Origin: Rickettsiales bacterium
GTDB taxonomy: Bacteria; Margulisbacteria; Marinamargulisbacteria; GCA-2716485; GCA-002719695
Assembly: GCA_038120575.1 (NCBI GenBank)
Contig: JAYOLY010000003.1
Span: forward strand, 4,988 to 47,039
DNA: 42,052 bases
Direction: 5' to 3'
A program made the translations under genes and the position numbers. Positions 18,926-28,918 of the stretch are shown piece by piece (the first letter of the stretch is position 1; each line of letters begins with the position of its first letter). The notes beneath the pieces were generated by a model, which was given only the letters and a program-made list of their open reading frames with translations, did not search any database and was not told the DNA's origin.

Positions 18926-19562
18926 TATCAGCTACTTTTGCAAAAGAAAATACATCAACATCACAATGTACATGATTTTTTATAAGTTGAACACACTCAG
19001 ATATTGTTGTACCAGAAGACACAATATCATCAACAACTAAAATTCTTTTTCCTTTTATAAGATTAGGATCCAAAACAAAAGAAAAAACACCTGAAAGAAT
19101 ATCTTTTCGTTCTAGGGCAGATTTTTCATATAAAGGAGCCGTATCTACATCTCTAGCCAACAAATTCAAGCAAGGAATAGACTTAGATTCAAAAAATGAT
19201 AAAAACAATTCATCAATCAAATTAAAACCACGATATTTCACTTTGTTAGAATGATATGGAACAGGAACCCAATAATCATACTTCTCCGTAAATGTTAATT
19301 GGATTAATCTTTCCTTCAAAAAAAATATAAGATTTTTGTTTAGAGAAAATTTTATTTCATGCAAACATACTTTAACAATGCCTTGATATGTCACAAAAAA
19401 AAAATGACGACAAGAATTTAAACAGGAAGAACTCAAGTGGTCAGGAAAGGAAACTATACATTTTTTACATACAATATCAAAGGAAAAATTACCGCAATAA
19501 CATTGTCTAGGCAAAAAAAAACTTATTAAATTTGCAACAAAATTGCTTAAAAACTTAAGCAA
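18894..19562 (-). CDS. comF: ComF family phosphoribosyltransferase-like protein
   Basis: N-terminal Cys-rich segment (CYCGN...CKKC) and a C-terminal PRTase motif (ILVVDDIVSSGTT). Its 3' end overlaps the mfd start by 32 nt. Confidence 0.8.
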   Translation of the reverse strand: MLKFLSNFVANLISFFLPRQCYCGNFSFDIVCKKCIVSFPDHLSSSCLNSCRHFFFVTYQGIVKVCLHEIKFSLNKNLIFFLKERLIQLTFTEKYDYWVPVPYHSNKVKYRGFNLIDELFLSFFESKSIPCLNLLARDVDTAPLYEKSALERKDILSGVFSFVLDPNLIKGKRILVVDDIVSSGTTISECVQLIKNHVHCDVDVFSFAKVADNEQKKIRIKT

Positions 19563-20100
19563 GCTTGTTTAATTTCGTTAAAATATCTTTCTTTTTTGCT
19601 GCATTAAATGAAGGGGCGCTAGCCAATTCCATAATCAATTCCTTTCTTTCTGCTGATTTTGTCTGCTCTTCATTTATATAATATTGTTGCTTTTCTAATA
19701 TGGGAATAATTTTGGAATTTTCTTTCTCTAAAAATTGTAACCTATCCAACAATTTATCCAACGTTTGTTTTTGAGATTCAAAATGATAAGCCAATTTACT
19801 TGTAAGCTCAGAATTCTCGGAAAAATCTTTATTTTCATTTATTTCCGACTGCTTGTTAATTAAAGCTTCAGGAATACGAATTGAGCTTTTTTTTGTTTCT
19901 TCTAATTTATCAACATAAACCTGTAAATCATCTTCATATACAAAATAATTTGGAATACCTCGTCCTTTTTTATTTGAGTTAACTTTTTCAGCTTTGAGTT
20001 CACCATTTTCTATAGCTTTAGTTAATTTGTATTTAGATAAATTTCCATTAGTTATTTTTTCAACTTCATAAACTGTATACTTTTTTTGTTTCTTAGACAT
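19555..20100 (-). CDS. hypothetical protein with an excisionase/MerR-like HTH N-terminus and a coiled-coil C-terminus
   Basis: YTVYEVEKITNGNLSKYKLTKAIENGELKAEKV looks like an excisionase-type HTH, and the remainder is heptad-like and charged. The track start is GTG 20115. ATG 20100 follows an AAGGGG SD. The ORF overlaps the comF start by 8 nt. Confidence 0.55.
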   Translation of the reverse strand: MSKKQKKYTVYEVEKITNGNLSKYKLTKAIENGELKAEKVNSNKKGRGIPNYFVYEDDLQVYVDKLEETKKSSIRIPEALINKQSEINENKDFSENSELTSKLAYHFESQKQTLDKLLDRLQFLEKENSKIIPILEKQQYYINEEQTKSAERKELIMELASAPSFNAAKKKDILTKLNKLA

Positions 20101-20208
20101 AAAAATCCCCTTCACATTAAATTAAATTAATTGCTTAATATAAAATTATAAGATAATGTAATTATAGTATAAAACAAAATGAAATCAACAACAAATTTTG
20201 AGAAAAAA

Positions 20209-20874
20209 ATGAAATATTTAATTGCACCTTCCCTTTTAGCTGCCGATTTTTGCAATCTTGGCAAAGAAGTTACTAGCGTCATGAATGCTGGTGCTGACAT
20301 GATTCATTTTGATGTTATGGATAATCATTATGTTCCAAATTTATCTTTTGGACCAATGGTATGCTCAGCTCTTAGAAAATCTGGGATCAAGTCAATTATT
20401 GACGTTCATTTGATGTGTGAACCTGTTGATCAATTAATTGAAGACTTCATAAAAGTCGGAGCCGATATCATTTCATTTCACCCTGAAGCATCCAAACATA
20501 TTGATAGATCTTTAAATATCATTAAAAGTGCCGGATTAAAAGCTGGCCTAGCATTTAACCCAGCAACACCTTTAGATTATTTAGACCATGTAATAGACAA
20601 ACTTGACTTAATTTTAATCATGTCTGTCAATCCTGGATTTGGAGGACAATCGTTTATTCAATCAGCATTAGAGAAAATCAAAGAAGCAAAAAATCGTATT
20701 TTAAAAACTGAAAAAAACATTTTGCTTGAAGTGGATGGAGGAATAAATCTTGATACATTAGAAAATGCGGCAAAAGCTGGAGCCGATACATTTGTAATGG
20801 GTTCAGCGCTATTTAATTCAGAGAATTATAAAAATACAATTCAACATGCAAGAAACATTCTCTCTCACATATGA
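20209..20874 (+). CDS. rpe: ribulose-phosphate 3-epimerase
   Basis: Motifs MKYLIAPSLLAADF, HFDVMDNHYVPNLSFG, MSVNPGFGGQ and VDGGI. The track ORF begins at 20179; family N-termini favour ATG 20209. Confidence 0.93.
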   Translation: MKYLIAPSLLAADFCNLGKEVTSVMNAGADMIHFDVMDNHYVPNLSFGPMVCSALRKSGIKSIIDVHLMCEPVDQLIEDFIKVGADIISFHPEASKHIDRSLNIIKSAGLKAGLAFNPATPLDYLDHVIDKLDLILIMSVNPGFGGQSFIQSALEKIKEAKNRILKTEKNILLEVDGGINLDTLENAAKAGADTFVMGSALFNSENYKNTIQHARNILSHI

Positions 20875-21539
20875 TTGAGACAATAATCATAAAAGAAAAA
20901 AGAAAAACACTATCATTAAAAATTACTAATAACTTTTCATTACTTGTTAAATCGCCAGATCACATCAGCAACAACTACATTAATTCCTTTATTGAATCCA
21001 AAAAAAAATGGATATCCAAAGCCATTAAAAAACTTAAAGCCAAAAATAAAATAATGAACGTACCTTATGCAATAAATAATGACATATTATTTCTAGGTAA
21101 ACGTTACAAAATCATAAAAAAACACACCTCAATTAAAACCATCTCTTTTTACAATTCCCACTGTACAATTAACAAAGAGTCAACTTATATACACTCATTT
21201 ATTTGCTCAGAAATAAAAAAAATTGCAATTAATTTCATAACAAAAAGAACACTTTACATATCCAAAAAAATTAAACTGACACCAAAAAAAATTAGAATCA
21301 AAAACCAAAAAACGCGTTGGGGAAGTTGTTCATCTAAAAAAAATATTAATTTAAACTGGAAATTAATTCATGTGCCTATCCACGTTATGGACTATGTAAT
21401 CATTCACGAACTATGCCATTTAGAACAACTAAATCATTCAAAAAAGTTTTGGGATTTAGTCAAAAAATACTCTCCAGAATATCCTAATCATATTAAGTGG
21501 CTGAAAGAACATGGATCATTTATTCATATAAATCACTAA
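20871..21539 (+). CDS. YgjP-like metal-dependent hydrolase (DUF45/M48-like)
   Basis: Motifs RWGSCSSKKNINLNWKLI and HELCHL (HExxH). Its start overlaps the rpe stop (ATGA). Confidence 0.8.
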   Translation: MIETIIIKEKRKTLSLKITNNFSLLVKSPDHISNNYINSFIESKKKWISKAIKKLKAKNKIMNVPYAINNDILFLGKRYKIIKKHTSIKTISFYNSHCTINKESTYIHSFICSEIKKIAINFITKRTLYISKKIKLTPKKIRIKNQKTRWGSCSSKKNINLNWKLIHVPIHVMDYVIIHELCHLEQLNHSKKFWDLVKKYSPEYPNHIKWLKEHGSFIHINH

Positions 21540-21702
21540 AGAAATCATACAAACACAAAATATGCATACAAAAAAATAAAAAAAGAAACAATCCACACGA
21601 AACAATATCAAAAAACAAGTTTACCTCACCAAAAAAAATTGGCAAAAAAAGTGTTTTAAAAAAAGAGAAATTTTTTAAAAAAAATATCGATAACTACTTA
21701 GA

Positions 21703-22260
21703 ATGAAAAAAATAAAAAAAATAATCTATTTTGTAATAATCACATTGTTCATATTTGAAAATAAACATCAAATCGATGCAAGTTCTAAAATAAGCCATAA
21801 TGATACACAACGCTCCATAATACAGTTAACTAGTGAAGTCATATCGTATCTAGACACAAATTTTAAAAACATGACTATTCCATCAATAAAAAAATTAAAT
21901 CCAGACATGACAAAAAATTACTATAAAAAATCAATCTTAAAAAAAGCTACAAAACGTAATCACCCATCATACATTAATGGAGATTTCAACAACGATGGGC
22001 TGACAGATCATGCCCTTTTATTGACGAGTAAGGATACAAAAGACGTTGAATTTATAATTTTAAACTCAACATTAAAATCAAATAATTACAATCTATACCA
22101 AATTAAACCACCACAAAATTTTTACACCTCTAATCAATATGAAAACAGTTTTTTATTATTTGAAGACAATATCATTTACAATGGAACCTTCCAAAAAAAT
22201 GGATACTATATTTTATGGTCTCCAGAAGAAAATAACTATATAGTTAGATACCAACAATAA
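21703..22260 (+). CDS. hypothetical secreted or anchored protein
   Basis: N-terminal hydrophobic signal or anchor (MKKIKKIIYFVIITLFIF) and a DxNxDGxxD calcium-loop-like segment (NGDFNNDGLTDHALLL). Confidence 0.55.
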   Translation: MKKIKKIIYFVIITLFIFENKHQIDASSKISHNDTQRSIIQLTSEVISYLDTNFKNMTIPSIKKLNPDMTKNYYKKSILKKATKRNHPSYINGDFNNDGLTDHALLLTSKDTKDVEFIILNSTLKSNNYNLYQIKPPQNFYTSNQYENSFLLFEDNIIYNGTFQKNGYYILWSPEENNYIVRYQQ

Positions 22261-22350
22261 AATCTTAATTTTTTTATTTAAAACATAACCCCAAAAAAAA
22301 TTATCTAATAAACATTGTTTAACGAAATATAAACAAGTACTATTTATATA

Positions 22351-23850
22351 ATGAAAAAAAAATTACTCTCTTTAATAGACAAAACAAATCTATACGAAAC
22401 TGTTGTTAAAACCCCTATCGACAAATTAAATATTTTGTCAAAAAAATATGAAAACAATATCTACATTAAAAGAGAAGATCTTCAAACCGTACAATCATTT
22501 AAAATTAGAGGGGCTTTAAATAAAATTAATCATTTAACAAACAAAGAAAAACAACAAGGATTAATTGCAGTATCTGCGGGCAACCATGCACAAGGTGTTG
22601 CTTTATCATCAAAAAAAAATAATATAAAAGCAACCATTATTATGCCAAGCACAACGCCACAAATTAAAGTTGATGCGGTAAAAAACTTTGGAGCCACAGT
22701 TATTTTACACGGTGATACATATGAAGAATCTTATAACTACGCAAAAAAATTAGAAAAAGAAAAAAATCTAGTTTTTATTCATCCATTTGATGATCTTGAT
22801 GTTATCGCGGGTCAAGCAACAATAGCTGTTGAACTCATTCATCAATTAGATCAAATTGACTATATATTTGTAGCTGTTGGTGGTGGAGGACTTATTAGCG
22901 GAATTGCCACTTATATTAAAACCAGAAACCCCTCAATTAAAATCATTGCAGTGGAACCAGACAACTCAAACTGTTTTCAACAAGCATTACTTCATAAAAA
23001 ACCTATCCCAATTGAAAACGTTGGCATATTTGCTGATGGGGTTGCTGTAAAAGAAGTTGGAAAAATACCATTTGAATTATGTAAAGATACTGTAGATGAT
23101 TGTGTCTTAGTTTCAACTGATGAAATCTGTGCATCTATTAAAGATATTTTTGATAATATTAGAGCAATTGCAGAGCCAGCAGGAGCTTTATCAACTGCGG
23201 GAATAAAAAAATATATTAAACAACACAACATAAAAAACAAAAATTTTGTTAGCATATTATGCGGAGCAAATATAAATTTTCATCGACTCAGACATATTTC
23301 TGAACGAGCTCAGATAGGAGAAAAAAAAGAAATTCTTTTAGCAATTTCTATAAAAGAAGAAAAAGGAAGCTTTTTAGATCTATCCAAACATCTATCAAAA
23401 TATTCTATAACCGAATGTAACTACCGATTTATGTCAACAAAAAAAGCCTTTATTTTTGTGGGTCTAGATATACAATCTGAGGCTGAAAAAGAAGTTATTT
23501 TAAAACAATTAAGCTCTATATTCCAAGATGTCATCGACATAACAGATAATGAACTAGCCAAGCTTCATCTTCGCTATATGATTGGAGGAAAATCCACAAA
23601 AAAGGAATATTTATACCGTTTCCAATTTCCGGAAAAACCAAAAGCACTTCTAAACTTTTTAAATACATTGGGAAAAAGTTTTAACATAACATTATTTCAT
23701 TATCGAAATCATGGTGCAGCCTATGGACGAGTACTGGTTGGAATTGAAAAAGAAAAAAATAATTCTGATGAATTTAAAAAATTTCTTAAATCAATAAAAT
23801 ATACACATTTCGATGAATCAGACAATATTGCTTCTAAGCTTTTTTTATAA
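22351..23850 (+). CDS. ilvA: biosynthetic threonine ammonia-lyase (threonine dehydratase)
   Basis: Motifs SFKIRGA (PLP lysine), SAGNHAQG and GGGGL. The 499 aa protein has a duplicated C-terminal regulatory domain. Confidence 0.95.
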   Translation: MKKKLLSLIDKTNLYETVVKTPIDKLNILSKKYENNIYIKREDLQTVQSFKIRGALNKINHLTNKEKQQGLIAVSAGNHAQGVALSSKKNNIKATIIMPSTTPQIKVDAVKNFGATVILHGDTYEESYNYAKKLEKEKNLVFIHPFDDLDVIAGQATIAVELIHQLDQIDYIFVAVGGGGLISGIATYIKTRNPSIKIIAVEPDNSNCFQQALLHKKPIPIENVGIFADGVAVKEVGKIPFELCKDTVDDCVLVSTDEICASIKDIFDNIRAIAEPAGALSTAGIKKYIKQHNIKNKNFVSILCGANINFHRLRHISERAQIGEKKEILLAISIKEEKGSFLDLSKHLSKYSITECNYRFMSTKKAFIFVGLDIQSEAEKEVILKQLSSIFQDVIDITDNELAKLHLRYMIGGKSTKKEYLYRFQFPEKPKALLNFLNTLGKSFNITLFHYRNHGAAYGRVLVGIEKEKNNSDEFKKFLKSIKYTHFDESDNIASKLFL

Positions 23851-23874
23851 ATAAAAAAAAGATATAATTAACTC

Positions 23875-24702
23875 ATGATTTTTAAAAAAACAATACTCCA
23901 TTATTTCATGATTATATTAATTGCATCATCAAACCATGCTTCCGTTGACACTTTTTTTAACCAACTCAAATATTCATACGATAACAACCAACCTTTTCAA
24001 CTTATTTCTACACAACAGTCCTCTTTTAATTTAAACATGGCTTACAAATTACAAAAAAAATGGACAAGTTTTCTTGAAGAAACTAGTAATAAAATTGGAT
24101 ATAAAGCAAGCCTAACAAATATTGAATCACAAAAAAAATATAATATTAACTCCCCTATTTCTGGCGTATTATTTAACAATTTATTATACAAAAACTTTGA
24201 TATAATCCCCTTAAATAAATACAAAAACCCAATTCTTGAAATTGAATTAGGGTTTTATTTAAATTCAGATATTATGACAACCATCAATAATAAAAATACA
24301 TTAAAAAGATATATTAAAAACATGGTTTGTATAATAGAAATTCCAGACATTAATGTTGAAAACATGAATCAACTTAACATCATAGATTTAGTTTCAATTA
24401 ATTCAGGAAGTAATTCTATAATTATTGGAGAACCATTAATGCTATCATCACGTTCAGAACCATTCACAATTTCATTAAACTTCAATAATAAACTAATTGA
24501 ATCAATTCAAGTAGATAGTATTTTAGATTCACAACTAGAAAATTTAATGTGGTTAGTAAATCACATTGTAAATCTAGAAGGAAAAGTTAAAAAAGACGAC
24601 TTATTAATAACAGGTGCCTTAAATAAGGTAAATCAGTTAAAAAAAGGCCGCTACATTATAAATTATGATGATAAGACATCCATAATTTTTCATACAAAAT
24701 AA
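23875..24702 (+). CDS. 2-keto-4-pentenoate hydratase (MhpD)-like hydratase/decarboxylase family protein with a signal peptide
   Basis: It is colinear by eye with MhpD: AYKLQ, IGYKASLT, an ILEIELGF (E-x-E) segment and LLITGAL. The N-terminus (MIFKKTILHYFMIILIASSNHA/SV) looks like a Sec signal. Confidence 0.55.
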   Translation: MIFKKTILHYFMIILIASSNHASVDTFFNQLKYSYDNNQPFQLISTQQSSFNLNMAYKLQKKWTSFLEETSNKIGYKASLTNIESQKKYNINSPISGVLFNNLLYKNFDIIPLNKYKNPILEIELGFYLNSDIMTTINNKNTLKRYIKNMVCIIEIPDINVENMNQLNIIDLVSINSGSNSIIIGEPLMLSSRSEPFTISLNFNNKLIESIQVDSILDSQLENLMWLVNHIVNLEGKVKKDDLLITGALNKVNQLKKGRYIINYDDKTSIIFHTK

Positions 24703-24703
24703 T

Positions 24704-26104
24704 TCATAAACTACATTTTGGTTTAAATGTTCCTCTGTATTGATTTAATGGCTTAAACTTTTTTGGAATCATAAAAGAAGGGATCCTTTCTTTTAAGAAA
24801 ACAGTTAACTTAGATTCAAATTCATCCGTAATAACTGAATCTATAAATGCTACTGGCCTAAACCCAAATTGATCATCACAAACAGGTTCAACAATAACTG
24901 ATGAAACTAAACCAGTAGATAATATAGATCGTTCAATATTTTCTGGATGAATATTTTCACCTCCAGAAACAAACATTCTGTCTTTTCTACCCTTAATTTG
25001 AATTAGATCATTTTCGATAGTTCCAATGTCTTTAGTATGAAACCATCCATTATCCGAAACTAAAGGTTCAAGTTTACCCTCAACTAAATACCCCAAACCC
25101 AAACTATCCCCTTGAATACAAATTTCATCATCAATCACCATACTTTTTAAGTGTGGAAGTGTTTTACCAGAAAATAAACAATGATGCTTTGAGCATTTCA
25201 TAGTAGAAATTTGAGAAGCAGCTTCTGTCATACCATAAGACATATAAATTGGAAGACTAATAGCCAATGCTTGCTTCAATAATGCTTCAGGAAAAAAACT
25301 TCCTCCTAATAAAATATATTTTAAACCTTCTAATTTAAATGGTGATGATTTATAAAGACTAAGATACTGTCTTAATTGGGTTGAAACCATCGAATAATGA
25401 GTAATAGCAGCTTTTGACCTAAACACATTTTTTTTCTGAGGAATATATAATGACGCTCCTGATAAAAAAACACGAAATAATATGGATAGTCCACTGACAT
25501 GATAAATTGGTAAATTCCAATACCAACAATCTTTATGATTAATATCAATTAGTTGCTTTGATGCTTTAGCGCTCTTTATGTGATGATTAAATGTATGAAC
25601 AACACCTTTTGCCCCTCCAGACGAACCCGAAGTCAAAATAACAGTTGCTATCTGATTATGATTAATATATCTAGTATTATTATGTGATGAAAAAGAGCTA
25701 ATCTCACTAAGGTTTTGAATAGGTATAATCGAAAAAATTGTGTCATCTGTAATACAGACCTCAATTGAATGTTCTTTTAAAATCGAATCAACTTTAACCT
25801 TAGGAAATGCATGATTAATTGGGAAAGCTATTTTATTTAATCGAATTAATGCCCAAAAAATTAAAATTTGAAAATACGAATCTGAAATTGCAAATGCGAT
25901 AATATCATAAGAATGCACATAAGACTTTAAAAAGTCTTCTACAACACAAATGTGATGATTAAGATCTGAATATGTGACAGATAATGAATCATTTATATTT
26001 ACAGCCAGTCCAGTAAACTGACGAGCGTGACTCTGGATAGGACAAACAAACTCTTGAGACATGTCTAAACTGTAATCATTAAATCGCATACACCCTACAC
26101 TCAT
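24704..26104 (-). CDS. AMP-dependent synthetase/ligase (MenE-like acyl-CoA ligase)
   Basis: AMP-binding motif ILTSGSSGGAKGV, plus YGMTEA, WFHTKDIG and the GRKDRMFVSGGENI core motifs. The 466 aa length is typical of O-succinylbenzoate-CoA ligases. Confidence 0.75.
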   Translation of the reverse strand: MSVGCMRFNDYSLDMSQEFVCPIQSHARQFTGLAVNINDSLSVTYSDLNHHICVVEDFLKSYVHSYDIIAFAISDSYFQILIFWALIRLNKIAFPINHAFPKVKVDSILKEHSIEVCITDDTIFSIIPIQNLSEISSFSSHNNTRYINHNQIATVILTSGSSGGAKGVVHTFNHHIKSAKASKQLIDINHKDCWYWNLPIYHVSGLSILFRVFLSGASLYIPQKKNVFRSKAAITHYSMVSTQLRQYLSLYKSSPFKLEGLKYILLGGSFFPEALLKQALAISLPIYMSYGMTEAASQISTMKCSKHHCLFSGKTLPHLKSMVIDDEICIQGDSLGLGYLVEGKLEPLVSDNGWFHTKDIGTIENDLIQIKGRKDRMFVSGGENIHPENIERSILSTGLVSSVIVEPVCDDQFGFRPVAFIDSVITDEFESKLTVFLKERIPSFMIPKKFKPLNQYRGTFKPKCSL

Positions 26105-26223
26105 TATTTTGTATAGTTACAAAAAGTAATCTAACTGAATTAGTATAACAAAAAATAAATGTCGTCTAAAGAAGATACACCCCACAGGTTTAAATCATCA
26201 CCTATACGTGTATTGCTCACAAG

Positions 26224-26916
26224 ATGACATTATCAGAACAACAAATCAGTCTTTGTAAATTTGGAGCCTATTGTGCAATCATTGCAAGTATATCTTATGC
26301 CATAGTCACGTTACTTGCCTTATTATTACCTCCATCAATTGCAACCTACCTTGCATCGCCACAATATTTTATAGATTTCAAAGAAGTCAAACATATATTT
26401 TTAACCTTAAAAACAGTTCATAGCATTGCAAATCTTGGCATGATTGGCGTAGTCGTGACATTTTTATCGTTATGTAGAAATAAACACTACGGACTCATAC
26501 TCTGGTGTACAGTTATAGCAATAATTGGTTACGCTGTTGGAATCGTTCAAAATGTCCAAGATGCAAGTCTTATTCCACACCTAGTAAAGCAATACGAAAT
26601 CGGCACACCACTGATGCAACAAACTATATTAACCATTGGCATTGCAAATCCATTTTTGTTTATAATTTCCTTAGGATTCCCAGGTATCTGGTTTATCATT
26701 GTCAGTTTAATTGGACATTCAAATAAACACATACCCACCCCACTCATATATTTAGGTCTGTTATGGGGAATTGGGAATATCGTAACCGCTGTTGCTCATG
26801 CGTTTATGTTCATTAATATAATTTATCTTATTGCATTAGGAGCATTGATTTTTGCTCCCATATGGGGCTTTATGGAAGCCTTTTATTTATTCAAGTTAAT
26901 TAAAAATAATCAATGA
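26224..26916 (+). CDS. polytopic membrane protein, family not recognised
   Basis: About six hydrophobic helices along 230 aa. The 3' end overlaps the convergent aminopeptidase gene by 7 nt. Confidence 0.65.
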   Translation: MTLSEQQISLCKFGAYCAIIASISYAIVTLLALLLPPSIATYLASPQYFIDFKEVKHIFLTLKTVHSIANLGMIGVVVTFLSLCRNKHYGLILWCTVIAIIGYAVGIVQNVQDASLIPHLVKQYEIGTPLMQQTILTIGIANPFLFIISLGFPGIWFIIVSLIGHSNKHIPTPLIYLGLLWGIGNIVTAVAHAFMFINIIYLIALGALIFAPIWGFMEAFYLFKLIKNNQ

Positions 26917-28010
26917 TCAAAATAAGATAAAAATTTGCCATTTTCATAAATAAGTTCATTATCTACAAAAATTTGACCACCATCTCTCATATCTTTAATC
27001 ATATCCCAGTGTACAGCCGATTCATTTTTTCCACCTGTTTCTGGATAAGAAGCGCCTATTGCCATATGAATAGACCCTCCAATTTTTTCATCAAACAAAA
27101 TATTTTTTGTTGCACGTTGAATAGCGTAATTTGTACCTATGGCAACTTCTCCAAACATATTTGCACCATCAATAGAAAAGACACGATCTAAAATATCTTG
27201 ACCTATATCTGCTGCCCACGATTCAACAACTCCATTTTTGATAGTTAACGTTATATTTTCAACATCGGCACCTTCATAAACTGTTGGATAATTAAAAAAT
27301 ATTTGACCGTTCACACTATTTTCAATAGGCCCAGTAAATACCTCTCCAGATGGCATATTGTAATGGCCATCAGAATTAATCCATAATCTTCCCTTTGTAC
27401 TAAATGAAAGATCTGTTTTCTGACCCACATACCGAATGTGATCTGCTTGATTTAATCTAGCAACTAATGTTTCCTGAGCAGCACTTAGCTTTTCCCAAGA
27501 TTGAATAGGATCATCTTGATCTAGCATACACCCTTTGTATATAAAATCTTCATACTCTGCCAAAGACATTCCTGCTTCCTGAGCAGCTGATTGTGTTGGA
27601 TAAATACACAATACCCATTTCAATTGTTTGTTAGCTGATCGTTGCATATACACTTTTCGTAAAGGAGCAAACGCTTCTTGATGACGTTTTTTTAAATCTG
27701 AATCAACAGTTGCCGTCGATTTCAAATTATACGGTGCTATAATGCGAACCAATGCATCAAATTCATGAATCGCTTTTTCATAAAAAAGTGATGGTTTTTT
27801 AAGTTGATGATCTTGAGAAAAATCATAAAAATAGCGATCCTGATCTTCAAAATCTAAATCGGTTTCAACATAACATCCCATTTTCAACAATTCTTTATAC
27901 ACTTCTTTAACTAACGGTTCAGCAGCAGTTGTTGATTTAATCAAAACGGTTTGACCTTTTTTTGCTTGAATCGAATACTGACACAATAATTGAGCATATC
28001 TATTTAACAT
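26910..28010 (-). CDS. aminopeptidase, peptidase M29 (AmpS/PepS/aminopeptidase T family)
   Basis: An M29-like N-terminus (YAQLLCQYSIQAKKGQTVLI), the segments PSGEVFTGP and IHMAIGASY, and the HWDMI signature. Confidence 0.87.
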   Translation of the reverse strand: MLNRYAQLLCQYSIQAKKGQTVLIKSTTAAEPLVKEVYKELLKMGCYVETDLDFEDQDRYFYDFSQDHQLKKPSLFYEKAIHEFDALVRIIAPYNLKSTATVDSDLKKRHQEAFAPLRKVYMQRSANKQLKWVLCIYPTQSAAQEAGMSLAEYEDFIYKGCMLDQDDPIQSWEKLSAAQETLVARLNQADHIRYVGQKTDLSFSTKGRLWINSDGHYNMPSGEVFTGPIENSVNGQIFFNYPTVYEGADVENITLTIKNGVVESWAADIGQDILDRVFSIDGANMFGEVAIGTNYAIQRATKNILFDEKIGGSIHMAIGASYPETGGKNESAVHWDMIKDMRDGGQIFVDNELIYENGKFLSYFDH

Positions 28011-28060
28011 AGTTCACCTATATCCTTTTTAATAATTGATACTCTTAATTATAATGTAAG

Positions 28061-28819
28061 TTATAGTTTTATAGTAATATTTTTTGAATAACAAATTTGT
28101 TTTAAAATAGACAGTTTTTTTTTGTCCGTAAACGTTGATCCTCTTAGATCAAGTCGCTTAATAGATTTATTTAATCTACAAAATTTAATTAACTCAGCCA
28201 ACGAATCATTTGTAAAAAAATTATTTTCTAAAAGTAAAGATTCCAATGTTGGATGAGTCATACAACTATTCAATAAAACCTTTAACCCACTATCAGTAAT
28301 GCAATTATCAGCTAATACAATATGCTTAACACCAGAATTATATTTCAAAGCTGATGCAAGATTTGCTACTCCTTCATCATTAATGTCGTTACCATTTAAA
28401 ACCAACCAACCAATATAATGGTTAATTTTTAATAAATCCATCAATGCCGCTTTACAAAATTCATTTAAAGTCAAATTATTATAAGATAAAATTAAATGAT
28501 TTAACGATTTATTATGTTTTAATTGAATCAACAATTCATTTAACCCAGCATCTGACAAACTATTTTTAGACAAAAATAATACTTTAGGTTGATCAAATTG
28601 AAACAATTGCTTAATGACATGATTCATATCTCCATCATCTAGCTTTTGGTTTGTAAAAGAAGGTCCAAAAAGATTGTCTTGAGGCTGATAAAACAATCGA
28701 TCATCATGCTTATTATCTGATGTAACATTTAATGAATCGAAAAAAGACTCAGACTGAACTTGACGCTGAGTGTTTCCAATTGTTTTTTGAAGATCATTAT
28801 TCCAAATATTTTCTATCAT
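28061..28819 (-). CDS. leucine-rich repeat protein, ribonuclease-inhibitor (RI/RNI) type repeats
   Basis: About six repeats of 28-29 residues of the form L.L..N.I.D.G...L..AL..N..L. Examples are LSKNSLSDAGLNELLIQLKHNKSLNHL, LNGNDINDEGVANLASALKYNSGVKHI and LADNCITDSGLKVLL. Confidence 0.8.
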   Translation of the reverse strand: MIENIWNNDLQKTIGNTQRQVQSESFFDSLNVTSDNKHDDRLFYQPQDNLFGPSFTNQKLDDGDMNHVIKQLFQFDQPKVLFLSKNSLSDAGLNELLIQLKHNKSLNHLILSYNNLTLNEFCKAALMDLLKINHYIGWLVLNGNDINDEGVANLASALKYNSGVKHIVLADNCITDSGLKVLLNSCMTHPTLESLLLENNFFTNDSLAELIKFCRLNKSIKRLDLRGSTFTDKKKLSILKQICYSKNITIKL

Positions 28820-28918
28820 AAAATTTTTTAATTAATAACGTTCATAGAAACAAAAAATAGTATACCATTTTAATTAGTTTATTAAACATAAGCGAAAGAA
28901 ATAACAGATTTTACTGTC

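Noticed and set aside
21497-21706. A lysine-rich 69-aa ORF bridging the DUF45 gene and the next gene.
   Set aside because: The sequence is an A-rich spacer read as AAA/AAG codons. The start lies inside the DUF45 coding region with no SD. It looks like a compositional artefact.
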